A stretch of DNA of 64,000 bases from Candidatus Latescibacterota bacterium (GTDB lineage: Bacteria; Krumholzibacteriota; Krumholzibacteriia; WVZY01; JAKEHA01), in assembly GCA_963761125.1 (NCBI GenBank), contig CAVXFV010000002.1:207963-271962 (forward strand), given 5' to 3'. How positions within the stretch are numbered: the stretch's first letter is position 1; each line of letters opens with the position of its first letter. Position numbers and translations under genes: made by a program. Under the pieces are notes generated by a model that was not told where the DNA came from, searched no databases, and saw nothing but the letters and a program-made list of their open reading frames with translations. This document shows positions 8,340 to 17,521 of this stretch, in pieces.

Positions 8340-11074
8340 TTGAATGCGCGCACCACGACCGTCTTCTTGTCCTTCGCTTCGCCCATTTTGATCGAGACCG
8401 TGTAGGTTCCCGCGGGCACGAACTGCTCCGGGCCCGGCTCTTCGTTGGGACTCTGCGCGTACCGCTGCTTGTCCTCCGCCTTGAGATCCCACGTGACCCG
8501 GTTGAAGCCCACGTGCGAGGGGCCATCGAGTTCGCGGATGACGACGTCGTGCGCGTCGGTGATCGTGACCTTGACCGGCTCGCCCCGGGTATCGCGCACC
8601 CAGTAGTTGATGGTCGCACCCACCGGCGGGTTCTTGGCGCGGAAGACGCCGTCGCCGATCCCGTAGTCTTCGCCAGCGCGCAGCCGCGGTCGCGCGGGCA
8701 TCACATCGAAGAGCGCGAGCGGTTTCGCGCGCGTGTCGGCGGAGAGTTGCGCGAACATGGAGACGTCGTCCAGGACCCAGATGCTGCGCCCGTGCGTTCC
8801 GACGACAAGGTCGCGCTCGCGCGGGTGGATGATCATGTCGTCTACCGGCGCCGGCGGCAGCGACTCGCCATTGAGCCGCAGCCAGTGTACGCCGCGATCG
8901 AACGACACGTGCGCTCCGAACTGCGTTCCGCAGTAGAGAACGTCCGCGTTCGCGGGGTCTTCGATGATCACGTTGACGGGTTCTTCCTTCGGCAGATCAC
9001 CCGTGATTTCGGTCCAGCCCTTCCCCAGATTGGTCGTCATCAGGACGAGCGGTCGGAAGACGTCGCTGCGGTGACCATCCACGGCGACGTACGCCGTTTG
9101 CGCGTCGTGCGCCGACGCCGTGATGTACGAGACGTAGAGCCCACCGACCGCTTTGGGCGTGACGTCCTTCCACGCGCCGCCGTCGTTTTCGGTGACGTGC
9201 ACGAGTCCGTCGTCCGTACCGGCCCAGAGCAGCCCCGCCTTGACCGGCGACTCCGCCAGGCTCACGACGGTGCCGTAGGTTTCGGCGTCGGATCCCGCGG
9301 TCATGATCTTGTCGGTCTGCCGGCGCGAGAGGTCCGGACTGATCGCGAACCACTGGTCGCCGCGGTCGGTGAGTTTGAACACCCTGTCGCCGCCGTGGTA
9401 GAGCACGGTGGGATCGTGTTTCGACACGAAGAACGGCGCGTCCCAGTTGAAACGAATGCGTTCCTGTCCCTCGCGCGCGGAGGGCCGCAGCATCCGGTGC
9501 ACGGCGTTCTTCAGGTCGATGCGCGCCAGGAATCCGCCCTGTCCGGTGGCGTAAACGATGTTGGAGTCAGTGGGATCGAACGCCACGCCGAAACCATCGC
9601 TGCTGTAGACCGAACGCCAGTCGCGATTCAGAATGCCGTCCTTGGCGTCGTCCTCGGTCTGGTGCATCGTCTCCGACGGGCCCACCCACGAGCCGTTGTC
9701 CTGCAGTCCGCCACCGATGCGGTACGGGTCGCTCATGTCCACGGCGATCCGGTAGAACTGTCCCACGGCGACATTGTTCACGAATCGCCAGCTCTTCGCG
9801 CCATCCTGCGTGATGTACAGTCCGCCGTCGTTGCCGACGAAGATGCGATCGGGATCCTGCGGGTCGACGGTAATCGCGTGAAAATCGACGTGCACGGAGG
9901 CACTCGACCGCCGGAAGTGCCGCGCACCGTCGTCGGAGACCGAGAAGTCCCAGCCGGCGATGTACACCCGCTGGTCGTTCTTCGGATCGATCGCGATGCG
10001 CGAGAAATAGAAGGGCCGCGGGTTGATGTCGGTCATCCGCGTCCAGGTGTCGCCGTGGTCGTCACTCCGAAAGACACCGCCGTTGGGCGAGCGATCGTCG
10101 AATTCGTCGCGCCCGGTTCCGCCGAGGTCGCTCTCCACGGTGGCGTACACGATGCGGCTGTCCTTCGGAAATATCGCAAGCCCAATGCGCCCGGTCCGCG
10201 ACGGCAGACCGGCGGTGAGCTTCTTCCAGGTGGCGCCACCGTCGTCGGAGCGGAAGATGCCGCCCTTCTCGCTGTTGCCGGTGAAGCTCCACGGGGTGCG
10301 CCGGCGCGCGTACATCGCCGCGTAAACGCGATCCGGATGCTGTGGGTCGACCACGACGTCGCACGCGCCGGTGTTTTCGTCGACTTTGAGCACGTGCTTC
10401 CACGTCTTCCCGCCGTCGCCGGTCTTGAAGACGCCGCGTTCCGGGTTCGCGCCCCAGAGATGCCCGAGCGCCGCCACGTACGCCACGTCCGGGTTGCGCG
10501 GGTCCACCGCCAGGCGCGGAATGTCGTGACTCTCCTTGAGTCCGACGAACGTGAACGTGCCGCCGCCGTCGGTCGAGCGATAGACGCCGCCGCCCCACGA
10601 CGAACTGTTGCGCCCGTTTCCTTCGCCGGTGCCGACCCACACGATCTTCGCCTTGCCCTTCTCAGCACGCGACGAGTCGGGCACGTCCTCCTGCTTCCAC
10701 CCCGGCCAATCCGCGGGTGCATCCGCGACGGCCACGGTCCCGATCGAATGCTGTCCCGTCTTGTCAAAGACGGGCGAGAAGGTGACGCCCATGTTCTCGG
10801 TCTTCCAGAGGCCGCCGGTGCCGTAGCCGACGTAGAACGTCTTGCTGTTTCCCGGCGCGAGCGCGATGGCGCCCACGCGACCGCCCATGTTGGCGGGTCC
10901 GATTTCACGCCACCCGAGCCCGTTGAAATCATCGGCCGTCACGACGCGGGCATCCTTGTTCGCGGATGCCGGCGAGTCTTTCTTTTTCGGCGCGGATGCC
11001 GCGGGAAACGAGACCGAGACCAGCAATGCGAGTGTGGCGAGCAGGGTGCTCGCCCGGCGTGCGGGGTGGAACAT
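8336..11074 (-). CDS. secreted BNR/Asp-box repeat protein, sortilin/VPS10-like beta-propeller
   Basis: It has a signal peptide (LLATLALLVSVSFPAASA) and many SxDxGxTW-type Asp-boxes (STDGGGTF, TGDGGKTW, SDDGGATW, SDDHGDTW, TQDGAKSW, TENDGGAW). Confidence 0.8.
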   Translation of the reverse strand: MFHPARRASTLLATLALLVSVSFPAASAPKKKDSPASANKDARVVTADDFNGLGWREIGPANMGGRVGAIALAPGNSKTFYVGYGTGGLWKTENMGVTFSPVFDKTGQHSIGTVAVADAPADWPGWKQEDVPDSSRAEKGKAKIVWVGTGEGNGRNSSSWGGGVYRSTDGGGTFTFVGLKESHDIPRLAVDPRNPDVAYVAALGHLWGANPERGVFKTGDGGKTWKHVLKVDENTGACDVVVDPQHPDRVYAAMYARRRTPWSFTGNSEKGGIFRSDDGGATWKKLTAGLPSRTGRIGLAIFPKDSRIVYATVESDLGGTGRDEFDDRSPNGGVFRSDDHGDTWTRMTDINPRPFYFSRIAIDPKNDQRVYIAGWDFSVSDDGARHFRRSSASVHVDFHAITVDPQDPDRIFVGNDGGLYITQDGAKSWRFVNNVAVGQFYRIAVDMSDPYRIGGGLQDNGSWVGPSETMHQTEDDAKDGILNRDWRSVYSSDGFGVAFDPTDSNIVYATGQGGFLARIDLKNAVHRMLRPSAREGQERIRFNWDAPFFVSKHDPTVLYHGGDRVFKLTDRGDQWFAISPDLSRRQTDKIMTAGSDAETYGTVVSLAESPVKAGLLWAGTDDGLVHVTENDGGAWKDVTPKAVGGLYVSYITASAHDAQTAYVAVDGHRSDVFRPLVLMTTNLGKGWTEITGDLPKEEPVNVIIEDPANADVLYCGTQFGAHVSFDRGVHWLRLNGESLPPAPVDDMIIHPRERDLVVGTHGRSIWVLDDVSMFAQLSADTRAKPLALFDVMPARPRLRAGEDYGIGDGVFRAKNPPVGATINYWVRDTRGEPVKVTITDAHDVVIRELDGPSHVGFNRVTWDLKAEDKQRYAQSPNEEPGPEQFVPAGTYTVSIKMGEAKDKKTVVVRAFK

Positions 11075-11095
11075 CGAGACTTTCCTCCTGAGTTG

Positions 11096-11536
11096 CTAAC
11101 CGGTCGACTGCGCGAGCGCCATACGGATGGTTTCGCCCATTTTCTGCGCCCGTTCGCCGGTGTGCCTGCGCGGCGGCCGCTTCGAGCGCTCCTGCGGGGA
11201 AAGATGTCGAGGCGGCGCAACGCCGTGGCGACACAGTAGAGCGACAGGTCTCCGGGCGCCGAGTTTGACCGGCGCGTTCTTTGGATCGATGACGTGCACG
11301 GCCGCCTTCGTCTTCACGTCGGCGACCTCGGGAACCGCGAACACCACGCCCGTCGCGTCCATCGCGGCGAGCCGGTGGCCCACCTTGGCGACGCCGTCGG
11401 CGCTCAAGAGAATCATCGCGTCGGGCCGGTCGACGGCAGTGTAGTCGATCTCGGTCGGACTCAACACGAGTTCGGCGATGCTGTGTCCGCTTTTCACCGT
11501 GATGGGATAATCGTCGCGCTGCGCCGCCCACAAACC
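11096..11536 (-). CDS. 2-oxoacid:ferredoxin oxidoreductase gamma-type domain (frame-shifted continuation of the beta subunit gene)
   Basis: ORF 11096..11590 reads LWAAQRDDYPITVKSGHSIAELVLSPTEIDYTAVDRPDAMILLSADG. This continues the gamma-domain start (PFHLVIAGSAGGKVRSSARLVGDAALLSG) that sits in the korB frame. The C-terminal ~50 codons look partly out of frame. Confidence 0.65.
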   Translation of the reverse strand, partial: GLWAAQRDDYPITVKSGHSIAELVLSPTEIDYTAVDRPDAMILLSADGVAKVGHRLAAMDATGVVFAVPEVADVKTKAAVHVIDPKNAPVKLGARRPVALLCRHGVAPPRHLSPQERSKRPPRRHTGERAQKMGETIRMALAQSTG

Positions 11537-12437
11537 CGGAGAGCAGCGCCGCGTCGCCGACCAGCCGCGCCGACGAGCGCACCTTTCCACCCGCGGACCC
11601 GGCGATCACCAGGTGAAACGGCCGCGCGAGTGACGATGCGAATTGCGGCGTAATCGGATTCGGCGCGAGAAGCGGCTTGCCCCTTGCGGATGCCGACGCC
11701 TCGCGGTACGCCGCGACGTATTCGGTGCGTTCCGCGCGGTGCAGCAACCCCGACTGCATCTCCAGATCAGTCATGAGGGTCGTCAGCGTTTTCTTCGACG
11801 CCTTGTTCTTCGGCATGTAGTACGCGGTGCACAACTCCCAGATATCGAGCAGCGCGAAACAATCCGCACGCACCGCCTCGGCGATTCGCTCCGGCAGGTC
11901 CTTGTCGAAGTTCGTCCCGCGCCACACGTAGCCGGCGCCGTTCGCGGCCACCGTCGCGCAGATGTCGAGCGGGCGTTCCATGCTTCCCGACGGTGTCGTG
12001 CTGGTGATCGACCCGGGCGGTGTCGTCGTCGAGTGCTGACCGCCCGTCATGCCGAAGTTGAAGTTGTTGAAGACGAGGACGGTCAGACCGATGTTGCGGC
12101 GCGCGGCGCTCAAGAGGTGCGCGCCACCGATGCCGGTGCCGCCGTCGCCCATGACCACGATCACCGTGAGGTCGGGACGCGCGAGCTTGATGCCGGTGGC
12201 GTAGGTGATGCTCCGCCCGTGCAGTCCATGAAACGCGCTCGTGTCGAAATACTGGTCGGAGAGTCCCGAGCACCCGATGTCGCTCACGATCACGATCTTC
12301 GTCGGATCGATGGCGAGCGATTCCAGCGCCGCACTCAAATGATCGAGAATGGCGTGATGGCCGCAGCCCGGGCAAAACGGGTACGCCTTGTCGTTCCGGT
12401 ACCGCGCCAGCGTGGTGATGGTGGTCGGATCGCTCAT
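11535..12437 (-). CDS. korB: 2-oxoacid:ferredoxin oxidoreductase beta subunit (TPP-binding), fused to a gamma domain; frame breaks near 11535
   Basis: From the ATG at 12437 the frame of ORF 10929..13376 reads MSDPTTITTLARYRNDKAYPFCPGCGHHAI...VVMGDGGTGIGGAHL (TPP motif). The start forms an ATGA overlap with the korA stop. As assembled this frame reads through to 10929 with implausible R-rich sequence. Confidence 0.8.
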
Positions 12438-13558
12438 GGCGCCGTCTCCATCGAGCGATGCGCGGCCACGAACTGATCCGGGGCGATCAGTTCTCCGTCC
12501 ACGCGATGAATCCCGGTCACGTCCACGCCGTTCGCGACACGCTCGACCTCGCGACGGTATTGCCCCTGATTGAGTTCCGCCACGATCACGTGATGGACGC
12601 CGTCGAATGCGGCCCGAATGGCGCGCTCGGGAACCGGCCACAGGCTGTGCACGGTCAGCGCGGAGACCGCGCCTCCCGTCGCGCGAATACGGCGCACGGC
12701 CTCGCGCATTGCACCCGCGGTGATGCCGTAGCTCACCAACAACGTCCTCGCCCCCGTCTGCAGGTCCGTCGTGACCATTTCGATCTCGGCGGCGTGGTCC
12801 TCGATCTTGGCGCGCAGGTGTTCGTTCAGCGCCGCCACGGTGCCGGGGGCTTTGGTAATGAACGCGTATTCGTCGTGCGTCGAGCCCGTGAAGCGAACCG
12901 CGAAGTCGCCGCCGTACTCGGCGAGCGGCGGCACGTCGTCCGCGGGAAGGTAGCGATACGGCGCCGTCCCCGCGAGCGCGACACCGCGCGCGCGCACCGG
13001 CGGCGTGTCGTAGCGGCTCACGTCCACGGTGTTCGTCGTCATGTTGAGTTCCTTGTCGGCGAGCACGAGGACGGGGCAGCGAAAGCGCTCCGCGAAATCG
13101 AACGCGCGCCGCGTCAGCGAATAGCATTCCACCACCGACGACGGCGCCAGCACGATCACGGGATAGCCGCCTGCGGTTCCCCAGCGCGCGAATTGCACAT
13201 CGCCCTGACCGACCGTGGTGGCACCCCCGGTGCCGGGGCCGAGGCGCTGCACGTCGACCACGACGAGCGGCACCTCGCCGATGATCGCGAGTCCGATGTT
13301 TTCGCTGTAGAGCGACAGACCGGGACCGCTGCTCGCGGTCATTGCGCGCGCGCCGGCGAGTGTGGCGCCGATGCACATCCCGATGGACGCGATCTCGTCC
13401 TCGGCCTGAATGGCGGTGCCGCCCACCTTGGGCAACTCACTCAACATCTGCATTAGAATGGGAGAGGCCGGCGTGATGGGATAGCCGGCGAAGAAGGTGC
13501 ACCCGGCGTCGAGCGCGCCACGAACGATGGCCGTGGAACCGTCGGTGATTTCTCGCAT
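12434..13558 (-). CDS. korA: 2-oxoacid:ferredoxin oxidoreductase alpha subunit
   Basis: The N-terminus MREITDGSTAIVRGALDAGCTFFAGYPITPAS is characteristic. The length is 374 aa. Confidence 0.9.
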   Translation of the reverse strand: MREITDGSTAIVRGALDAGCTFFAGYPITPASPILMQMLSELPKVGGTAIQAEDEIASIGMCIGATLAGARAMTASSGPGLSLYSENIGLAIIGEVPLVVVDVQRLGPGTGGATTVGQGDVQFARWGTAGGYPVIVLAPSSVVECYSLTRRAFDFAERFRCPVLVLADKELNMTTNTVDVSRYDTPPVRARGVALAGTAPYRYLPADDVPPLAEYGGDFAVRFTGSTHDEYAFITKAPGTVAALNEHLRAKIEDHAAEIEMVTTDLQTGARTLLVSYGITAGAMREAVRRIRATGGAVSALTVHSLWPVPERAIRAAFDGVHHVIVAELNQGQYRREVERVANGVDVTGIHRVDGELIAPDQFVAAHRSMETAP

Positions 13559-13604
13559 GGTGCGTCTCCGAAGGGTGCGGCCGTCGGACGGGTTGCGTCC
13601 GGAG

Positions 13605-14348
13605 TTACGACTCCTTCAACAGGGCCATCAGTTTCTTCATGTCTTCCCAGCACGGCGCCTTGAACGCCGGGTTTCGAAGCAGCGCCGCCGGGTGATAGGT
13701 CACGATGACGGGAATGCCCTCGTAGACGTGCTCTCCGGTGCGAAGCGCGCCGAGCGGCGCTTCGGTCTTGAGCAGCCAGTGCGCCGCAATGCGGCCCAGC
13801 GCGCAGATGTATTTCGGTTTGATGAGCGCGATCTGGGCGCGCAGGTACGCCTCGCAGCACTCGACTTCCGACGGCTGCGGGTCGCGGTTTCGCGGCGGGC
13901 GGCACTTGAGGATGTTGCCGATGTAGACGTCTTCGCGTTTCATCCCCATCGCCGCGATGATCTTGTTCAGCAGCTGCCCCGCACGACCGACGAACGGTTC
14001 GCCTTTCGCGTCTTCGTCCGCGCCGGGCGCTTCGCCGATGAACATGAGTTGGGCGTTGGGATTTCCCACGCCGAACACGGTCTGCGTGCGCGATTCGTGG
14101 AGCGCGCAGCGCGTGCACACCGAGACCGTCTTCGCGAGCGCGGCGAGCGAGGCGACGGTGTCGCCCGTCGGCGCCGACGCTCCCGCTGTCGCAGGTGGGG
14201 CGACCCGGGCGGCCGCCTTCGCGACGGGTTTTTCCGCCCGCGGCTCACTCACCCCGGCGCCGTCCAGGTAAACGGATCGCACGCCCTTCTTCTGCAGGCG
14301 CTTGAGCGCGGAGACCGTGGCGTCGCGGGTTTCGGAACGGTCGCTCAT
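13605..14348 (-). CDS. uracil-DNA glycosylase, family 4
   Basis: It carries motif [24 protein letters not shown] and motif [10 protein letters not shown], plus a CxxC (CTRCALH) for the Fe-S cluster. Confidence 0.9.
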   Translation of the reverse strand: MSDRSETRDATVSALKRLQKKGVRSVYLDGAGVSEPRAEKPVAKAAARVAPPATAGASAPTGDTVASLAALAKTVSVCTRCALHESRTQTVFGVGNPNAQLMFIGEAPGADEDAKGEPFVGRAGQLLNKIIAAMGMKREDVYIGNILKCRPPRNRDPQPSEVECCEAYLRAQIALIKPKYICALGRIAAHWLLKTEAPLGALRTGEHVYEGIPVIVTYHPAALLRNPAFKAPCWEDMKKLMALLKES

Positions 14349-14417
14349 GCGAGCAGAGTACCGTCTCCGGAGCCGGCGGGCAAGCGGGTCGTGAGGATTG
14401 TCCGGATGGCGCGCGCG

Positions 14418-15635
14418 TCAGGAGGCGCGGCGCTTTGCGAAACGCGCATTCGCGGCGACGAGGCCCATCAGCCGGCGCGCGATGTCGCGCTTGCTTTCGG
14501 CCCCGGGGCTCCGGTAGATGGACCCGGACGCGTCGTAGATCGTGACGACATTGGTGTCGAGTTCGAACGCCGTCGCCGGTTCATTCAGGACGACGAGGTC
14601 GCAGTGTTTCCGCTCGAGCTTGGACATCGCGTTCTTCTCTTCGTCCGCGGTCTCCAGCGCGAACCCGACCACGAGGCGCGCGCCCTTGCCGGCGCCCAGC
14701 GCCTCCAGGATGTCGGGCGTCGGCGTGAGTTCCAGCGTCCATTTGTCGCCGGACTTCTTCTTGTCCGGCATGGCGCGCGCAGGCCGATAGTCGGTCACGG
14801 CCGCGGCCATGACGAGCACGTCGGTTTTCTCGAAGGCCTCGGTGAGCGCGCGTCCCATCTCGTCGCTGGTACGTACGCGCACGATGCGAACCCCCGGCGG
14901 CGGCGCCACCGACGTCCGCGCCGCGACGACGGTGACCTCGGCGCCCATGTCGCGCGCGGCTTCCGCGATCGCGAATCCCATCTTGCCGCTCGACCGGTTG
15001 GTGATCACGCGCACGGCGTCGATGTCCTCTTCGGTCCCGCCGACGCTCACCAGCACCTTCGCGCCGCGCAGCGGCGACTCGAACAGCGTCTTGACCGCGG
15101 CGAAGATCGTCTCGGGCTCGGCCATGCGCCCGGTGGCTTCGTAGCCGCAGGCAAGGTCGCCCTTCTCCGGCGGCGCGACGCGATAGCCGCGGTCGTAGAG
15201 CGCGCGCAGGTTCGCCTGCGTGCCCGCGTTTTCCCACATGACGTCGTTCATCGCCGGCGCCAGCATCACCGGCCCGGCATACGCGCTCACGATGGTGGCA
15301 AGGAGATCGTCCGCGCGCCCTTGCGCGAGGCCGGCGATCGTATTGGCGGTGCACGGCGCGATCACGATCACGTCCGGCCACTTGGCGAGGTCGATGTGTT
15401 CGATAGGAGACACCGCGCCCGACGACTTGCCGTCGCCTTCGAACATGCGTCGATGGACGGGGTGCTCGGAGAGGGACTCGAAGGTGAGGGGTGTGACGAA
15501 TTCGGTGGCGGCCTCCGTCATGACGACCTTGACGTCGGCGCCCGCCTTCTTGAACAGGCGCAAGAGAAAGACGGCCTTGTAGGCGGCAATCCCGCCCGTC
15601 ACGCCGAGGAGAATCTTCTTACCGGAGAGTCTCAC
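14418..15635 (-). CDS. coaBC: bifunctional phosphopantothenoylcysteine decarboxylase / phosphopantothenate-cysteine ligase
   Basis: The N-terminus is flavoprotein-like (ILLGVTGGIAAYKA) and the C-terminus is CoaB-like (ITNRSSGKMGFAIA). Confidence 0.95.
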   Translation of the reverse strand: MRLSGKKILLGVTGGIAAYKAVFLLRLFKKAGADVKVVMTEAATEFVTPLTFESLSEHPVHRRMFEGDGKSSGAVSPIEHIDLAKWPDVIVIAPCTANTIAGLAQGRADDLLATIVSAYAGPVMLAPAMNDVMWENAGTQANLRALYDRGYRVAPPEKGDLACGYEATGRMAEPETIFAAVKTLFESPLRGAKVLVSVGGTEEDIDAVRVITNRSSGKMGFAIAEAARDMGAEVTVVAARTSVAPPPGVRIVRVRTSDEMGRALTEAFEKTDVLVMAAAVTDYRPARAMPDKKKSGDKWTLELTPTPDILEALGAGKGARLVVGFALETADEEKNAMSKLERKHCDLVVLNEPATAFELDTNVVTIYDASGSIYRSPGAESKRDIARRLMGLVAANARFAKRRAS

Positions 15636-15656
15636 GGGGCAGCGCCGGCGACAGGC

Positions 15657-15902
15657 TTACTCCGAGAAGAAATCTCCGCTGCCGGTCTCTTCTTCCGCGT
15701 AGGTGTAGTGAATCTTGCCGTTGATGAGACGCTTGACCGCCGTCGACGTGGGCTTGAAGTCCGGTTCGGGCTCCGCGCCCCGAATGACCAGCGAGTTGAG
15801 CCGGCGCGCCTCACGCGCCATGACGCGGACCGCTTCGTAGGGGTTGCGAATCCTCTGGGTGATCTTCTCGATCAGGACGAGTTTTTCGATTGGAATCGAC
15901 AT
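15657..15902 (-). CDS. rpoZ: DNA-directed RNA polymerase subunit omega
   Basis: It is 81 aa and contains NPYEAVRVMAREARRLN. It sits in the conserved gmk-rpoZ-coaBC context. Confidence 0.85.
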   Translation of the reverse strand: MSIPIEKLVLIEKITQRIRNPYEAVRVMAREARRLNSLVIRGAEPEPDFKPTSTAVKRLINGKIHYTYAEEETGSGDFFSE

Positions 15903-15935
15903 GTGGGTTTCACTCTCCGGACTGGGTATGGACGC

Positions 15936-16547
15936 TCAACGGTCGTTCAGGTTCAGGAAACCGGGGGCTTTCCGGTCGCGGCGTGTGCGCTCCGCGGTCA
16001 CGATTGCGATCAACTCCGACGAAGCGCGATCGAGGTCGTCATTGACGATCAGATACTCGTAACGGGGTGCGGCCTCGAGTTCCATGCGGGCATTCTTCAG
16101 CCGGACCGCGAGGTCGCCCGACGACACGTCCCCCCGCCCCCGAAGCCGCGCATCCAGCGCCGCGAGCGATGGGGGTAATATGAAGACCATGACGGCGTCG
16201 GGAAAGGACCCTTTTACCCGATCTCCCCCCTGAATGTCAATATTAAGGACCAGATCGTACCCGGCGGCGTTCTGCTGCCGGATGTAACCGCTTGGCGTGC
16301 CGTAGGTTTCCCCGTGAACCTCCGCCCACTCCACCAGGTCCGACGCCTTCATGGATTCGAAGCGCTCCCGGGTCACGAAGAAGTAGTCCTTGCCCTCGAT
16401 TTCGCCGGCGCGCGGCGCACGGGTCGTCGCCGAGATCGACCGGCGGACCCGCGGATCGGCGGCCAGCAGCCGCTCGACCAGGGTGGTCTTGCCGACGCCG
16501 GACGGCCCGGACACCACGATGAGAAATGGAACCGATGTGCGGGACAC
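15936..16547 (-). CDS. gmk: guanylate kinase
   Basis: It has the P-loop SGPSGVGKTTL. The length is 203 aa. Confidence 0.95.
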   Translation of the reverse strand: MSRTSVPFLIVVSGPSGVGKTTLVERLLAADPRVRRSISATTRAPRAGEIEGKDYFFVTRERFESMKASDLVEWAEVHGETYGTPSGYIRQQNAAGYDLVLNIDIQGGDRVKGSFPDAVMVFILPPSLAALDARLRGRGDVSSGDLAVRLKNARMELEAAPRYEYLIVNDDLDRASSELIAIVTAERTRRDRKAPGFLNLNDR

Positions 16548-16548
16548 G

Positions 16549-17424
16549 CTACTCCAGGTTCTGGACCTGCTCGCGCAGCTTCTCGGTTTCTTCCTTGAGC
16601 ACGACGACGTGCTGGATCACTTCCGAATCCGACGCCTTGGACCCGATCGTCGTCGCCTCGCGATGCATTTCCTGCAGGATGTACGTGAGCTTCTTCGACA
16701 CTTCGCCGCCGCCGGACAGCGCCTTGTTGAACTGATCGATATGGCTTCGCAGCCGCGTCAGTTCCTCGGTGATGTCGGTGCGGTCTCCCAGCAGAACGAT
16801 TTCGGCGGCGATGCGCTCTTCGCTGACCTTGATGTCGCCGGCGAGCTGCGCGACGCGCTTGCGCAGCGACTCCACGTTCTTCTTCGCGACGGCCGGGGCC
16901 AGCGCCTCGATGGAGGTGACCGTCCGATCGATGAGTTTCATTCGCTCGACGAGATCCTTTTCGAGCGCGCGCCCTTCCTCGATGCGCATGGTCGTGCATG
17001 CGTCGAGCGCGTTCGACAGCGCCTTCTCGACGAGCGGCCATAATTGATCGTCGTCGGGATCGGTCTCGCGCGTGACGACCGCGTCCGGAAGCTGGAGGAG
17101 CGCTTCCAGGCTGACGTGGTCGTTGAGTCCGTGCTTCTTGGCGAACGCCCGGAGCTGTGTCAGGTACTGTTCGAGCGCGGCGTCGTTGATGGTTACCGAT
17201 CTTCCGGCCGCCGCGGACTCGACCGACATCGTGATCGACACCCGTCCGCGGGCCACCTTGCGGCGGACCACGTCCTTGATGTCGTTCTCGCGGTTCTGGA
17301 GTGCGCGGGGAAGCTTGAACGCAAGATCGAGAAAGCGGTGGTTCACCGACCGGACCTCGACGGTGACAGTCGACGTCGAATCCGTCGCCTCACCCTGACC
17401 GAATCCCGTCATGCTGATCAACAT
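16549..17424 (-). CDS. YicC-family stress-induced protein (YicC_N + DUF1732)
   Basis: ORF 16549..17892 trimmed to the ATG at 17424 (MLISMTGFGQGEA...VRSVNHRFLDL). The C-terminus reads EVSKKLTYILQEMHREATTIGSK. Confidence 0.9.
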   Translation of the reverse strand: MLISMTGFGQGEATDSTSTVTVEVRSVNHRFLDLAFKLPRALQNRENDIKDVVRRKVARGRVSITMSVESAAAGRSVTINDAALEQYLTQLRAFAKKHGLNDHVSLEALLQLPDAVVTRETDPDDDQLWPLVEKALSNALDACTTMRIEEGRALEKDLVERMKLIDRTVTSIEALAPAVAKKNVESLRKRVAQLAGDIKVSEERIAAEIVLLGDRTDITEELTRLRSHIDQFNKALSGGGEVSKKLTYILQEMHREATTIGSKASDSEVIQHVVVLKEETEKLREQVQNLE

Positions 17425-17521
17425 CGTCGTACCTCGCAGGCAGTGATAAGATGAAACGCACCCTATACTATCGCCCGTGCGGTCACCTGTCAATTGACAA
17501 CGGGCGTTTCGATAAGGACTT

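Noticed and set aside
10929-11095. Read-through of the korB frame to 10929, overlapping the start of the BNR-repeat gene.
   Set aside because: The sequence after ~11535 in that frame is R-rich and not protein-like. It overlaps a well-supported gene start and is explained by the frameshift.
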